Part shown: piece by piece, positions 1 to 10,600 of the stretch
Layout: each line of letters opens with the position of its first letter
Position numbering within the stretch: the first letter of the stretch is position 1
Virus record (IMG/VR): IMGVR_UViG_3300028534_000006
Location: 1 to 47,546 of that record
Length of the DNA: 47,546 bases
Strand: one strand, 5' to 3'
Origin: a virus
The notes under the pieces: generated by a model
Seen by the model: the letters and a program-made list of their open reading frames with translations, nothing else
Databases searched by the model: none
What the model was told of the DNA's origin: nothing
Translations under genes and position numbers: made by a program

Positions 1-127
1 TCGCTGCAATAGGTGGCTACGCGGTAGTTACACTAGTTGTTATTTATATTATTAGGGCGATGACTAATGAGCCTCTTGAGTTTAAATAAACCATTATTAG
101 TAATGTTAGCCGTGTCATTAGTTGCTA
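1..127. repeat. Window-terminal direct repeat, identical to 47420-47546. It marks assembly closure of a circular or terminally redundant genome with a unique length of 47419 bp.
   Basis: Both window ends read tcgctgcaataggtggctacgcgg...gtcattagttgcta. As a result the 264-aa ORF ending at 47508 also ends at 89, and the ORF starting at 67 equals 47486. Confidence 0.95.
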
Positions 128-414
128 ACATAGTTTTATACTTCGATACTACTTATTGGTACGGTAAATACTCTAATATTAAGCAAGAGCTAAAACTATG
201 TAAGCAACAAGTAAAGCATGGTGTTGACATGTTAAAAGTAGAAAAAGAAAGTTGTGAGCGTGAGCTACAGTTAGTTAGAAAGGTAGAAGACTTGAAGGTC
301 ACAGTACCTAAGCAAATACAAAAGAAAATTGATAAAGGAAAAGACTATGAGATACTTGCAGCTCCTAAGCCTTGCGGCTGTCACTTTGATGGCACTGGTT
401 GGGTGTTCCACTAA
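67..414 (+). CDS. Candidate i-spanin (type II membrane protein with a coiled-coil periplasmic part).
   Basis: It has an N-terminal TM helix (LLVMLAVSLVANIVLYF) followed by a charged helical region. A lipoprotein ORF starts inside its 3' end in another frame, and it lies two genes upstream of the endolysin. Confidence 0.5.
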   Translation: MSLLSLNKPLLVMLAVSLVANIVLYFDTTYWYGKYSNIKQELKLCKQQVKHGVDMLKVEKESCERELQLVRKVEDLKVTVPKQIQKKIDKGKDYEILAAPKPCGCHFDGTGWVFH

Positions 415-628
415 AGAGTGCCAAACTTATGAAGGGTTCAAGATTTATGATAGGCCTGCGCCACTTAAGATTAAAATCATTACGACGAAAGGCGATAAAG
501 TACATATTAGAACTCTTGAAAATGGTGTTAAAAAGTTAGTTACTAAAGTAAAGCAGCAAGAGGCTATCATAGATAGGTACGAGGCAGACGTAAACAAATA
601 TTTGAAATGGAGACAAAAACAAAAATGA
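347..628 (+). CDS. Candidate o-spanin (outer-membrane lipoprotein), overlapping the i-spanin gene.
   Basis: The ATG at 347 follows AAGGA. The signal peptide MRYLQLLSLAAVTLMALVGC carries the lipobox L-V-G-C. The ORF-track start at 329 is a TTG and looks less likely. Confidence 0.55.
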   Translation: MRYLQLLSLAAVTLMALVGCSTKECQTYEGFKIYDRPAPLKIKIITTKGDKVHIRTLENGVKKLVTKVKQQEAIIDRYEADVNKYLKWRQKQK

Positions 629-810
629 CGCAAGATGTGTATAAAGTTCTGGATGATATTAGAGCTAAGTCAGATAAAACTTATTCTGATATAGTAGCAC
701 AAATACATGATATGACAATACTACAGTCATTTGCTGACGCTCTACAATCTAAACCAGTAGAAGTGGCAGTGCAAGAAGTATTTCATATACGAGTGGAGGT
801 ACAAAAATGA
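607..810 (+). CDS. Hypothetical protein (67 aa) in the lysis cassette.
   Basis: The ORF fills the gap between the spanin and endolysin genes, overlapping both (ATGA overlap with the next gene). No TM segment or motif recognised. Confidence 0.5.
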   Translation: METKTKMTQDVYKVLDDIRAKSDKTYSDIVAQIHDMTILQSFADALQSKPVEVAVQEVFHIRVEVQK

Positions 811-1247
811 AAGCTCTAGTTCGACTACTGCTTGGTGTGTATCTCATTATTGCTACATACTTAGCCTATCCCTCCTTTATGATAATGATACAAGATGAGA
901 GTACGCAAGCGGTGGTTGATGCTAGTCAATCTGATGAGCAATGGGAATTTTTGAAAGATTATGCTAAGCTCATACAATGGGCTGAGCGGCATGGGTATAA
1001 GTTGACTGCTGGTGAGTTATACCGCACTATGTACCAGCAACGATACTACGTCGCTAAAGGGTTGAGTTGGACATATAACTCTAAGCATTTAAAACGAAAG
1101 GCAGGTGATCTTAATCTATTCATAGACGGTAAGTATATTACCAGTAAAGAAGCGTACCGTCCGCTCGGAGAGTACTGGGAAAGTTTAGATAGTAAAAACA
1201 GATGGGGTGGGCGATTTAATGACGCCCCACACTTTGAGCGACGTTAG
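807..1247 (+). CDS. Endolysin, peptidase M15 (VanY / L-Ala-D-Glu peptidase-like) with an N-terminal signal-anchor.
   Basis: The zinc-site pattern H-x6-D (SKHLKRKAGD) plus the C-terminal His (APHFE) is typical of M15 peptidases. The N-terminal hydrophobic stretch LLLGVYLIIATYLAYPSFMIMI suggests a SAR-type or signal-anchored enzyme. Confidence 0.7.
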   Translation: MKALVRLLLGVYLIIATYLAYPSFMIMIQDESTQAVVDASQSDEQWEFLKDYAKLIQWAERHGYKLTAGELYRTMYQQRYYVAKGLSWTYNSKHLKRKAGDLNLFIDGKYITSKEAYRPLGEYWESLDSKNRWGGRFNDAPHFERR

Positions 1248-1254
1248 TATTTAG

Positions 1255-1272
1255 AGGTCTCGTAGGAGGCCT
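1255..1272 (+). terminator. Stem-loop after the endolysin gene (7-bp stem, GUAG loop, then UUUAUAAU).
   Basis: aggtctc-gtag-gaggcct pairs with one G-U. It lies 8 nt after the stop codon at 1247, and its U-tract is short. Confidence 0.45.
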
Positions 1273-1296
1273 TTATAATACTAATAAAGGATAGGT

Positions 1297-3249
1297 ATGA
1301 ATGTATATATAGAAAACTTTAGCGGTGGTATTGTCAATAAACTACACTCTAAGTATAATAAAGTAAATACTGCTATAGATATGCTAAATTGTGACGTAAC
1401 AGACGGCACACTAAAAAGCAGTAAAGGCTTCGATTTTACGCCTAGTGAAACTGCGTGGCCTTATATTATAGGTGATGATACTTACTCTGTAGATAAAGAC
1501 ACATATATAACTCAAGTACTTAATAGCATTGTTACACTTAAAGACGGTACTTTAACATTGTATAAAAATGGTGTTACACATACTATACCAAAATCTAAGC
1601 CTTCTGCTAGCATAGCATTAAATCCTGGGTCAGCAGGCCAAGAAGATGGTGGTGTATATACTTTGCATGAGCTACTATCTGATAAAGATATAGCAGCTGA
1701 TGGCCCTTTGCAATTTGGTATTACTTATTATAATCCTAGTACTAATTATGAAACTAAACCGCTTATTTTAGCCGCGCTTAGACCTAGTGTGTCAGGCGGT
1801 ATAGTAGGTGATACGCTTACTAAAGATGAAGTGCGTTTATTACAAGAAAGAGGCTTTATAGATAATGTAGTAATTGATGGTAGCTATATATCTACCGCTA
1901 GCGGTTTATCCGGCCTTAATTCCGCTGAGAGTGACGCTATATATAACTTTATGCGTACCTTTACAGGTGAGATACCAGTCAGCCAAAGAGACGATTTATT
2001 TTATACTGCTTATGCTGTAGTACAAGATGCACCAGGGGAAGAGAATAGGCTATTCCACTACTGCTCGTATAGGACTAGGGATATACTAGAAGATTTTACA
2101 GACCAGCAGCGTACTGATATGTACAAGTACTTCTATGACCATAATATAGCACTTAATACAAAAGCATTCACATATTTTACAAAGCAAATACCTAAGCGTT
2201 ACACTATATCAGTTGATAGCTTAGAGCCTGGCTGGGAAATCAGAATTTATAGATTTGGCCCATTTAGACATTTAGGTGCTAATACTGAGTATATGCTATA
2301 TACCACTACTACCGACTTAACTATAACGTTAGACTCAGATACAGATATTGGCGAGATACTTACCACATTAGACAATATAGAAGATCTTAATCCTAAGTAT
2401 TTAACAAGCAGTAATAATACGTTATTTATTGCAGATGAGAATAAAGTATGGTTTACAGACCTAGGCACTTGGACTATTAAGTATAGCAACTACCTATTAT
2501 TTGATAGCGATGTTACTAGTATATACCATCTTAGAGATTTTACTATAGTTACTACAGTTAATAACTCTGTGTATAGTATAGTTGGCGACTCAGTGACTAC
2601 TTTTAAAGTACTAAAGCTCGCTGATGATATTGATTGTGTACATGCTAAGACTATGTGTGGTGTTGATAATAATGTAGTGTGGCTGTCATCTGTTGGACTA
2701 GTCGCCACTAATGGTTATACAGTTCAGCCATTACATAAATATACAATCACCTCAGAGACATTTGTATTAGGTGATTTGTATGGTAGTGCTAGCGTACTTA
2801 CCGACTACTACTTACTAATAGACAATTTCATATATAAGTATGATATGCAAATAAATCAGCTAACCAAATACTCTTCACAAGAAATAGAGACCCTATATAT
2901 GAATAGAGGTAAAATTTATGGCGCTCTGCAAAGTCAGTATGGTATACTATTTGCTGGTAATGAGCTACCATTATTTTATCACACTAACCTAGTTGCTCAG
3001 CCTAAACATTACTATACTAAAATGTATGGCCAAGTGCGGTTATTATATAAAGGTCAGATGCTTATCACAGTACGTATAGATAATAGTATAGTTAATTCAG
3101 TACAGCTAGAATTAACAGATAAGCCTAAAGAAGTAGTGTTTTCACTCAATGCTGAGATGGATGTTGGCCACGAAATAAGTATTGTATATGATGGTACAGG
3201 TGTAGTTTATGACACAGAAATAACATTTGATTTAGGTGATACGCTATGA
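1297..3249 (+). CDS. Virion structural protein of unknown function (650 aa).
   Basis: Long ORF with the RBS AAAGGATAGG before the ATG. It sits in the late plus-strand block. No motif recognised. Confidence 0.6.
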   Translation: MNVYIENFSGGIVNKLHSKYNKVNTAIDMLNCDVTDGTLKSSKGFDFTPSETAWPYIIGDDTYSVDKDTYITQVLNSIVTLKDGTLTLYKNGVTHTIPKSKPSASIALNPGSAGQEDGGVYTLHELLSDKDIAADGPLQFGITYYNPSTNYETKPLILAALRPSVSGGIVGDTLTKDEVRLLQERGFIDNVVIDGSYISTASGLSGLNSAESDAIYNFMRTFTGEIPVSQRDDLFYTAYAVVQDAPGEENRLFHYCSYRTRDILEDFTDQQRTDMYKYFYDHNIALNTKAFTYFTKQIPKRYTISVDSLEPGWEIRIYRFGPFRHLGANTEYMLYTTTTDLTITLDSDTDIGEILTTLDNIEDLNPKYLTSSNNTLFIADENKVWFTDLGTWTIKYSNYLLFDSDVTSIYHLRDFTIVTTVNNSVYSIVGDSVTTFKVLKLADDIDCVHAKTMCGVDNNVVWLSSVGLVATNGYTVQPLHKYTITSETFVLGDLYGSASVLTDYYLLIDNFIYKYDMQINQLTKYSSQEIETLYMNRGKIYGALQSQYGILFAGNELPLFYHTNLVAQPKHYYTKMYGQVRLLYKGQMLITVRIDNSIVNSVQLELTDKPKEVVFSLNAEMDVGHEISIVYDGTGVVYDTEITFDLGDTL

Positions 3250-3413
3250 TTAGATACCCAATACCTAGTAATTTAGATTCAGAAGTAAAAGCATATTTAG
3301 AATACTTACAAAATACAATTGCTACTTTAGAGCAGAAAGTATTAGATTTAGAAACTAGGCTAACTCAGGTTGATATTAAGTCAAAATCTAAGCAAACTTT
3401 AAATAAAAACTAG
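3246..3413 (+). CDS. Small coiled-coil protein (55 aa), below the ORF-track size cut-off.
   Basis: I found it by reading the 3250-3438 gap. The ATG at 3246 overlaps the upstream stop (ATGA). The translation is MIRYPIPSNLDSEVKAYLEYLQNTIATLEQKVLDLETRLTQVDIKSKSKQTLNKN, with a stop at 3411-3413. Confidence 0.5.
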   Translation: MIRYPIPSNLDSEVKAYLEYLQNTIATLEQKVLDLETRLTQVDIKSKSKQTLNKN

Positions 3414-3438
3414 ATATAATATCTAAAAGGAGATTTAT

Positions 3439-4113
3439 ATGGGTTTTTGGTCTTCAATAGGCACAGCTGCAGGCCTATTAGTAACTGGCGGTAATCCTGC
3501 TGGCGGAGCTATAGGCGGAGCTATAGGCGGAGCTATAGACAGTAGTGGTAAACAGAAAACACAACTAGATGCTTATACAGCGTATAAATTACAACGTGAG
3601 AAAAAATGGGAGGCTATGTTTGGGCCTATAGAAGAGAACTTAGTGTCTCATTATAACAACTTAAGTGCTACTAGCTATATAGCTAAAGGCAACGAGGCGT
3701 TAGAAAAACAATACACGCAGGCACAGCAACGGCTAAAACAAGAGCTTGCAAACCGCGGTTTAAACCTTGAAGGTGGCATTAGTTTAGGCGCGACAAATAA
3801 TATGTTGCAGAGCTTAGCAAGTAGTAAAGCTGAATTGTATGCGTCTGCGGATGATTACGTAGCTCAGCAACAACAACAATTTTATGCTAGTATGGCAGGT
3901 GCTAAACCTAATGCTGCAAGTGCTGTAAGTGCACAGTCACAACAAGACTTAGCTTGGCAGAAATATAATGATCAGCAAAGTCAAGCCGCTGTAGCAGGAG
4001 TTGTTGATATTTATGACAGATATAACAAATGGAAAATAGATAAAACTAAAACAGATACAAACACAACCACACCTACAGACCCGACTTTAAATTCTACAGG
4101 AGCTACAGGATGA
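3439..4113 (+). CDS. Putative internal virion protein with a Gly-rich N-terminus and Gln-rich centre.
   Basis: Strong RBS AAAGGAG. The N-terminus reads GGNPAGGAIGGAIGGAID, and the protein sits just upstream of the portal. Confidence 0.45.
   Translation: MGFWSSIGTAAGLLVTGGNPAGGAIGGAIGGAIDSSGKQKTQLDAYTAYKLQREKKWEAMFGPIEENLVSHYNNLSATSYIAKGNEALEKQYTQAQQRLKQELANRGLNLEGGISLGATNNMLQSLASSKAELYASADDYVAQQQQQFYASMAGAKPNAASAVSAQSQQDLAWQKYNDQQSQAAVAGVVDIYDRYNKWKIDKTKTDTNTTTPTDPTLNSTGATG
3502..3537 (+). repeat. In-frame 12-bp tandem repeat x3 (ggcggagctata), encoding GGAI x3.
   Basis: Three perfect units read directly from the sequence. Confidence 0.9.
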
Positions 4114-5711
4114 GTGGTATTGGAAATGCTATAATTGGTACTAGCCAAGGTATGAGTCTAGTTGACCAGAGAAACCAAAAACTACAACAATTACAAATGC
4201 AACAAGAGCAGCATAATTTACAAATGCAGCAAGGCCAGCAGAAAATTGATGCTACTCAACTAGCTATAGAGCAAGCACAAATGCAGATTGATCAGACACG
4301 TAAAGAGATTTCTAAGCGCGATATGTTCGAAGCGATGAAAGTAGCAACTAAGCAAAACGATGCAACACTACTTAAGCGCTGGATACTAAAAGACCCAGAG
4401 GCACAGGATGTATTTGATAACCCTGTAGATTTTAAAGTAGCTAGTAAAGTAGATGATCTTGATGGCATAGAGGATGAGATACTTCTAGAGTCAGGCTTTG
4501 ATGAGAACGCGCTTCTTAAAATGTCTAAAGAAGATAAAATAAAAGCCATTAAAGAGTTTGGTGATGACACTTATATAATTACCAAGGCAGATGGCAGTAA
4601 AGAAGTGCTACAACTAGATGAGTTGGCCGCCTCTACTGGGTTTTTAGATTATTTATCCGAACAAGATAAAGCAGAGTATACAAAAGCCGTAGTTGCTGGC
4701 GGGCTGAGGCGTGCTTATGCTCTTGCAATATATAAAGGCGATGAAGAGCTCGCTAAGAAGTATAAAGAAGCTTTAAATGAAACACAAGCTACACGTCAGC
4801 CTGTGCCAACAGCTACTTATAGAAACGCTAGAACTAAAGTACTTGCTAAAAATCCTGAGCTTGAGAATGACCCTAAAGCATTAGAGCAAGCTATAGGGCA
4901 GCAAATGTTAGAGGACGAGAACCCAGCGTTTGTTAAGAAGACTGAGTATAATTTAAGTGCGTTAGAAGATGCTAAGTCTATTTATGATGAAGTATCTGCT
5001 GCCAAAGACCCAGAAACAGCCCAGGCTTTAATAAGAACTAAGCCTGCGCAAAAAGCCTATATGCTAGAGAACGACTTACTTAAAAAAGACCCTACATGGA
5101 ATAAAGTGGTACCTGTAATTGATGAGCGTATGCAGGCAGTACAAACATTTACACCAATAATTGAGCAAGTTGCTTCTGGTAATGTTAAATCATTAGACGC
5201 TATTGATAAAGCATTAAACGCAATATTCTCTAAAGTACCAAATGACTCTATAAAAGATATGGATATTAAAAAAGCTATGCAGCCAGGCGAGATGGATAAA
5301 TTGAACTATGAAATGCAACAATACGTAGCACAAATGAATTTGTCGAATCAGGCACAGCTAGCTATGTTTTCGCTAGTTAAAGCAATGTCTGGTCTAGCTG
5401 TTACCGACAAAGAGCGTGAAGTGTATACGACACTACTTGGCCAAAATAAACTAGACGATTTGCATAAAGCATTTATTGCTGCGCAGTCATTCGTACAACA
5501 CCAAGGTACTATATTAGATGGTGTTATAGACAGGTTGAGTGCGCACTATCCAATGCATGCGGCTACTTATAAAGCTCAATTGAAGCCTATTATGACAGCT
5601 GCTGACCCGGCAACATACACAAATAACAAAGAGCCTAAAGTTATAGATACTAAGAAGATTATAAGTGAAATCAATGCTGCTACACAAGCAGCAATTAAAG
5701 GAGCCTTCTGA
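4110..5711 (+). CDS. Putative internal virion / ejection protein (533 aa, helical, Gln-rich N-terminus).
   Basis: ATGA overlap with the upstream gene. It has a long helical composition (LQQLQMQQEQHNLQMQQGQQ) and sits next to the portal. Confidence 0.4.
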   Translation: MSGIGNAIIGTSQGMSLVDQRNQKLQQLQMQQEQHNLQMQQGQQKIDATQLAIEQAQMQIDQTRKEISKRDMFEAMKVATKQNDATLLKRWILKDPEAQDVFDNPVDFKVASKVDDLDGIEDEILLESGFDENALLKMSKEDKIKAIKEFGDDTYIITKADGSKEVLQLDELAASTGFLDYLSEQDKAEYTKAVVAGGLRRAYALAIYKGDEELAKKYKEALNETQATRQPVPTATYRNARTKVLAKNPELENDPKALEQAIGQQMLEDENPAFVKKTEYNLSALEDAKSIYDEVSAAKDPETAQALIRTKPAQKAYMLENDLLKKDPTWNKVVPVIDERMQAVQTFTPIIEQVASGNVKSLDAIDKALNAIFSKVPNDSIKDMDIKKAMQPGEMDKLNYEMQQYVAQMNLSNQAQLAMFSLVKAMSGLAVTDKEREVYTTLLGQNKLDDLHKAFIAAQSFVQHQGTILDGVIDRLSAHYPMHAATYKAQLKPIMTAADPATYTNNKEPKVIDTKKIISEINAATQAAIKGAF

Positions 5712-7648
5712 TGAAGAGACAAGGTGGTAACTATATTGACGCTCCAAACCTAGGGTCTGGCGAGTCTTTGGCTGCACCTAATAATAGGCTAAGACTTATA
5801 CAAGAATATTTTAAAGAAGCAGTTGATAACTGGGAGCCGTCACATAATGAAGCACAGCTAGTGCTTGATCTGTATGATGATAATCAATATGACGCAAATC
5901 AAATTAATGAACTGCGCCAGTCTGGCAGGCCTATAGAGACATATAACGTCATAAAGAAGTATACTCGTAATCTAGTTGGGTATCTTAGCACTGTAGTCAC
6001 AGATATAAAAATTAAACCGACTAGCTATGATACTATAGATTTTGCTCGTAGATTAGACAGTACCTTGCAATACATTTTAAAGCAAAATCTATGGACTACT
6101 TTGCAAGATGAAATAAATGAGCAAGCAGCTCTTACAGGGCTTACAGCATTCAAGTACTCAATACTTGATACTGGTAAGACAGACTCAGTAGGCCGTAAAA
6201 TTACAGACATACAACTAAAGCTTATACCATCTAAACGTATACTACCGGATATACTTGATGACTCAAATGACTATAGCAAAGCTAGATACACCCATGAATG
6301 GGAATGGCTGCCATATACTGAAATTCAAAAGTTATTTGGTAAGCGCAGAGCCGCAACTTTAGCTAAGCACGGTGATAATAGTATTGGTATGCCATTAGCA
6401 GATATTGAGTCTAACTTTTTAAATATTAGCAAAGGCCGATTTAAACAACAAGATATGTATCTTATTGTAAGATCTGTAGTTCGTAAACCAAACTCTAATA
6501 AGTATATAGATACGTATTGGTGTGGTAATCATATTATATATGAGACAACTATAGACTATATGCCATATAGATGTTTTAGGCTGCATAAAGGTAAGTCTAA
6601 GCCAGAATTCTATGGCATATTCAGAGAGATTATTGAGTCACAGAAAGCTATTAACCAAGCTGTGCTGCAGATACAGCTACTTGTAAATACAAATAAAGTA
6701 TTTGTAGATGAAAATGCTGTTGATGATTTGGACACTTTTGTCACTGAATATAATAGAGTTAATGCTGTAATTCCTATGTTAGATTTAGATGGTTACCGCA
6801 TGGAAAATGTTAACCCAAACATTGTACAGCAGTATCATATTATTGACTCAGCTATACAACGTATACAAGCTATACTTGGTATTAATGATAGTTTTCTTGG
6901 GCTAGCGGCAGCATCAGATAGTGGTAGAAAAGTACAATTACAGCAAAATAGCTCAGTAGTTGCTTTGAGATACTTTACACGACATATAGAGCATATTTAT
7001 AGAACTCTTGGTAAAGACCTTATTACACTAGCTAAGAGATACTTCACAGCACATAGAGTTATGAGGTTACAAGATGAATTAGGTAGAGATAGATGGGCTG
7101 AAGTAAATAAGCCATTTATGATGCCTGAAGATAGGTTAGATTATCAAGGCAATATACAGTGGCGTCCAGTACTTCAACCATTATTAAATGATAATGGTGA
7201 ATTTATACTTAATCCTGACGGCGCTATTCAACATAAAGTAATCAATGAGCCTGACACTGATATATCACCAGATTTTGACGTAGATATTGAAGTAAAAACG
7301 GCTGCTTATGGCGAAAGCGAGGAAGTTGAGCGCGTTATACTTGAGGCTATGATTAACGGTAATCCTGGTATGACTCTTAACCAAGCAAATCCTGTGCTAT
7401 ACTTACGTCTAAATGAAATTTATGCTAAAACACTTAAATCTGAGCACAGCCCAGAGATTGTAGAACTATTCGAATTAGCTCAACAAATGCTTGGCGGCTT
7501 ACCTACTGAAGACCCAAGACAAACTGCGCAAGGCCAAGGCCAAGGGTATAATTTAGGTAATATAAGTGCTAATACAGGTAAATTAACACAAGCAATGGGT
7601 ATTAATAATCAGTATGCACCTGCTGGTTACAATATGAAAAAGGGATAG
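5711..7648 (+). CDS. Portal protein.
   Basis: 645 aa. The N-terminal segment AQLVLDLYDDNQYDANQINELRQSGRPIETYNVIKKYTRNLVGY fits the portal-family pattern (D-x-Q-W/Y ... R-x-x-G-R-P-x-x-T-x-N). Size and neighbourhood are also consistent. Confidence 0.6.
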   Translation: MKRQGGNYIDAPNLGSGESLAAPNNRLRLIQEYFKEAVDNWEPSHNEAQLVLDLYDDNQYDANQINELRQSGRPIETYNVIKKYTRNLVGYLSTVVTDIKIKPTSYDTIDFARRLDSTLQYILKQNLWTTLQDEINEQAALTGLTAFKYSILDTGKTDSVGRKITDIQLKLIPSKRILPDILDDSNDYSKARYTHEWEWLPYTEIQKLFGKRRAATLAKHGDNSIGMPLADIESNFLNISKGRFKQQDMYLIVRSVVRKPNSNKYIDTYWCGNHIIYETTIDYMPYRCFRLHKGKSKPEFYGIFREIIESQKAINQAVLQIQLLVNTNKVFVDENAVDDLDTFVTEYNRVNAVIPMLDLDGYRMENVNPNIVQQYHIIDSAIQRIQAILGINDSFLGLAAASDSGRKVQLQQNSSVVALRYFTRHIEHIYRTLGKDLITLAKRYFTAHRVMRLQDELGRDRWAEVNKPFMMPEDRLDYQGNIQWRPVLQPLLNDNGEFILNPDGAIQHKVINEPDTDISPDFDVDIEVKTAAYGESEEVERVILEAMINGNPGMTLNQANPVLYLRLNEIYAKTLKSEHSPEIVELFELAQQMLGGLPTEDPRQTAQGQGQGYNLGNISANTGKLTQAMGINNQYAPAGYNMKKG

Positions 7649-7649
7649 A

Positions 7650-10600
7650 ATGGAGCAAAACAACGTACTTCCACAAGATGTAAACGATCAGTATACAGTA
7701 CAGCAAGATTATGGTTTTGGTAATAAAGTAGATATAGACCAGCACGGCAATCCTATACAACCGCAACAACAAGTGCAACAAACACCAGAGCAAGATACAG
7801 CGGACGCTTTATATGAAAAAATGTCTAAGTATGACTTTCAAGAAGCCTGGACTAAATATAAAGTATTTAAAGGTACACTGCTTAAAGGTGTGTCAGAAGA
7901 GTTACAGCCATTTGTAGCGGCTAATTTAAATAGTATTGAACAACATTTACGTAACAAGTACCGGGCTAGGCTACGTGCTGAGCTTAAGAAAATACCGTAT
8001 GATAGCTCTGATCGCGCAGAAGCTGAGCAACTATATAGAGACGCTCTACATAGAATGGCTGGTATTATGCCTGCTTCTAAAGTAGATGATTACGTAATTG
8101 ATGCTATAGGTGGCGGCACTATAGCTGCACCATTAAGAGCAGGTAGAATACTATTTAATAGGCTAACTGGTGATACAAAAGAAGCAAATGAATTACAAGT
8201 AGAAGCGAAAGAAATATCTGATGCGCAAAAACAATTTGGTACTGTATCACAAGTAGGTCCGTTAGAAATACCTCTTGATGGTAATATTCCTGCTATGTTT
8301 ATACCATTTAATAGCACAGTACGCGGTTGGACAATGCTAGCGGAAGCTATACAAGCAGATAAAACAGTTAAAGCATTAGGTAAAGCGCAGCCAGTACTTG
8401 ACAAGCTATGGACTGCTGGCAATTTGAGTAAAGTAGGTTTAGCTCGTAATACTGCATTTGGTGCTATGTTTGCGTATGGGTATGGCGCTGACTGGAAAGG
8501 TGCAGTAGTTGGTGGCGTGGCCGGTATGGTTATTCCAGCAGGCGCTTCAGCGATTGGTAAGACAGTCTCGCCCGTAATAACGCACTACTTAGGTACTGAT
8601 TTGGCTAAACAAGAGTTAAATTTAGCTAAGCTAGAGAAATCGGCCGGCGTAACTAAAGATGAGCTTACAACTATTTATAAACAGTATGCAGAGGATGCTA
8701 ATATAGATATGTCTGAGTTGACTCCGGCAGATAAAGCAACTGCTCTAAGAGCTAAATATGATAATATAGATCGCATACTTGCTGCGGCCAGTGAGTACTC
8801 GCCACAAGCACAACGTATTACAGAACAGAAGTCTAAAGAGGCTGTAGTTAAAGTAATGTCTAAACTCTTTGATATTAAACATATAGATGACCCTTCACCG
8901 GCTGGTTTAAAGAAGGCTGCTAAAGAACAAGTAGAAGAGCTTATAGCAGATATGCGCACAGCAATAAATCAAATAACCGATGATATCAGCACATATATAG
9001 CAGACTTTGCGGCTACTTCTAAAAAAGTAAAACTTGATACACCGGTATTTTCAGATGAAATTACTGGTAGTTTACGTAGAGCTATTGATGATATGGACCC
9101 GAAAGAACGTAGAGTATTACGTTCAGTAGAGAAGTTTTTAGACGATAAGCCTAGTATTGACAACTTAGCAGATATAACTAAACTAGAGCGCTTAATACCA
9201 GACAATTTAAAAGCTAGAGCTGAAACTACTAGTGGTATGCCTCTAGAGTCTATGTTTAATGATATTGCGTTTACACACTTAGATGAGTTTGCTTATTCTA
9301 AATACTCTACTATGAAAGATGCTGTTAAATTAAAAGACTGGATGCAAAGTGCCACTGGGCTTAGAACTATATTTAATAGTAATGCACCAACAGAGACAAA
9401 AGCCACTGCTTTACGTAAATTTATGTCTTCAGATAGTTATGCGCCATTAACTAAATTACTATCTGGTAAACAATTAGAGCAACTAGAGGATACTGCTTTT
9501 GCCTCATTATTTACTAAAGATGGTATACTTACTGAAACTGGTAGAGCTAACTTCTGGGCTCTATATAGAGACGCACGTCAAATGCATACAGTTACTGAGC
9601 GCGCAGCGCAAATGAAAGAGTTAATGGCTATGAATGCTAAATATATAGGTAGTAGTAAAATACGCCCTGGCACTAGAACTGAGTATGAGACTGGTAGTAA
9701 AGGTAGATCAAGTATTCAAGAAGAGATGCAGTCAAGGGCTATTGGTCATATTATTGCTTCAGTAATACAGCACTTCCCATTCGACTATGCTAGGCAAACT
9801 TATAATATACGTAATGGCATTAACCTACTTAAAGGTGAAAGAGTTTTTGATGTACGTAGCATAGACGACGCTAGAGTGCTTAGTATTATGGATAAAGCTT
9901 TAACACAGCAAGCAAGAGGTTTACAGGCTCTAAATATAAGTTCTGACTTAACCTACGAACAGTTATTGAGTAAATTGGATAGCGCCTACTTTGATGCTAG
10001 AAGTACTAAGACTACCAGAGCAGCAGCGGAACCTACATTTATGGCTAAAGAAGGCAACACAGATATATATGTACCACATGGTGCTCAAAATGAAGTATTT
10101 AATATACTTAAAACAGATATGAAATTTAATATCAAAAAGCCAGGCGAATATCCATTAAAAGAAGTAGTTCATTCTAAAGCTTTATCAGAGTCTAAAGTAT
10201 GGTCTGATTTGCGTGATTATAAAGTAGTTGTAACGCCTGACTCACCTACTAGGGTTGATGTACACGATAAGAAAATTTATTACAATACCTCAGATGATAA
10301 TGGTAAGCTAGTGCAGGAAATAGCCCATGCTATAGATTATTCAGATGGTAGACGTATAGTAGGTTCATCTGTAGGTATTGAGTGGAAAAATTTACAAAAA
10401 CAATACCCACAATTTGCTGACATATCGCCAGAGTTTATGGCTAATGCTAAGTGGAGTCACCAGTACGCAGTGCTTATGCAGAAATTAGGCGTTACGTCAA
10501 AAGATCAATTGACGCCTGAATTACGTAAACAGTTAAAAGAACTGTCGCCTATGTATAAGTATTTTACAAATGAAGGTGAGATTAGGACACTAGTTGCAGA

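Noticed and set aside
1240-1296. A consensus-type promoter upstream of the 650-aa gene (cgttagtatttag ... tataat).
   Set aside because: The partial 16-mer match is separated from TATAAT by the 18-nt hairpin, so the spacing is far outside that of the family. I kept only the hairpin as a possible terminator.
2247-9205. Antisense ORFs of 60-110 aa within the large late genes (for example 2247-2708, 4292-4570, 6025-6210, 8090-8422, 8675-9205).
   Set aside because: All are embedded antisense in long, well-supported ORFs. Their translations are Ser/Ile/Leu-rich and low-complexity, and they lack ribosome-binding sites.
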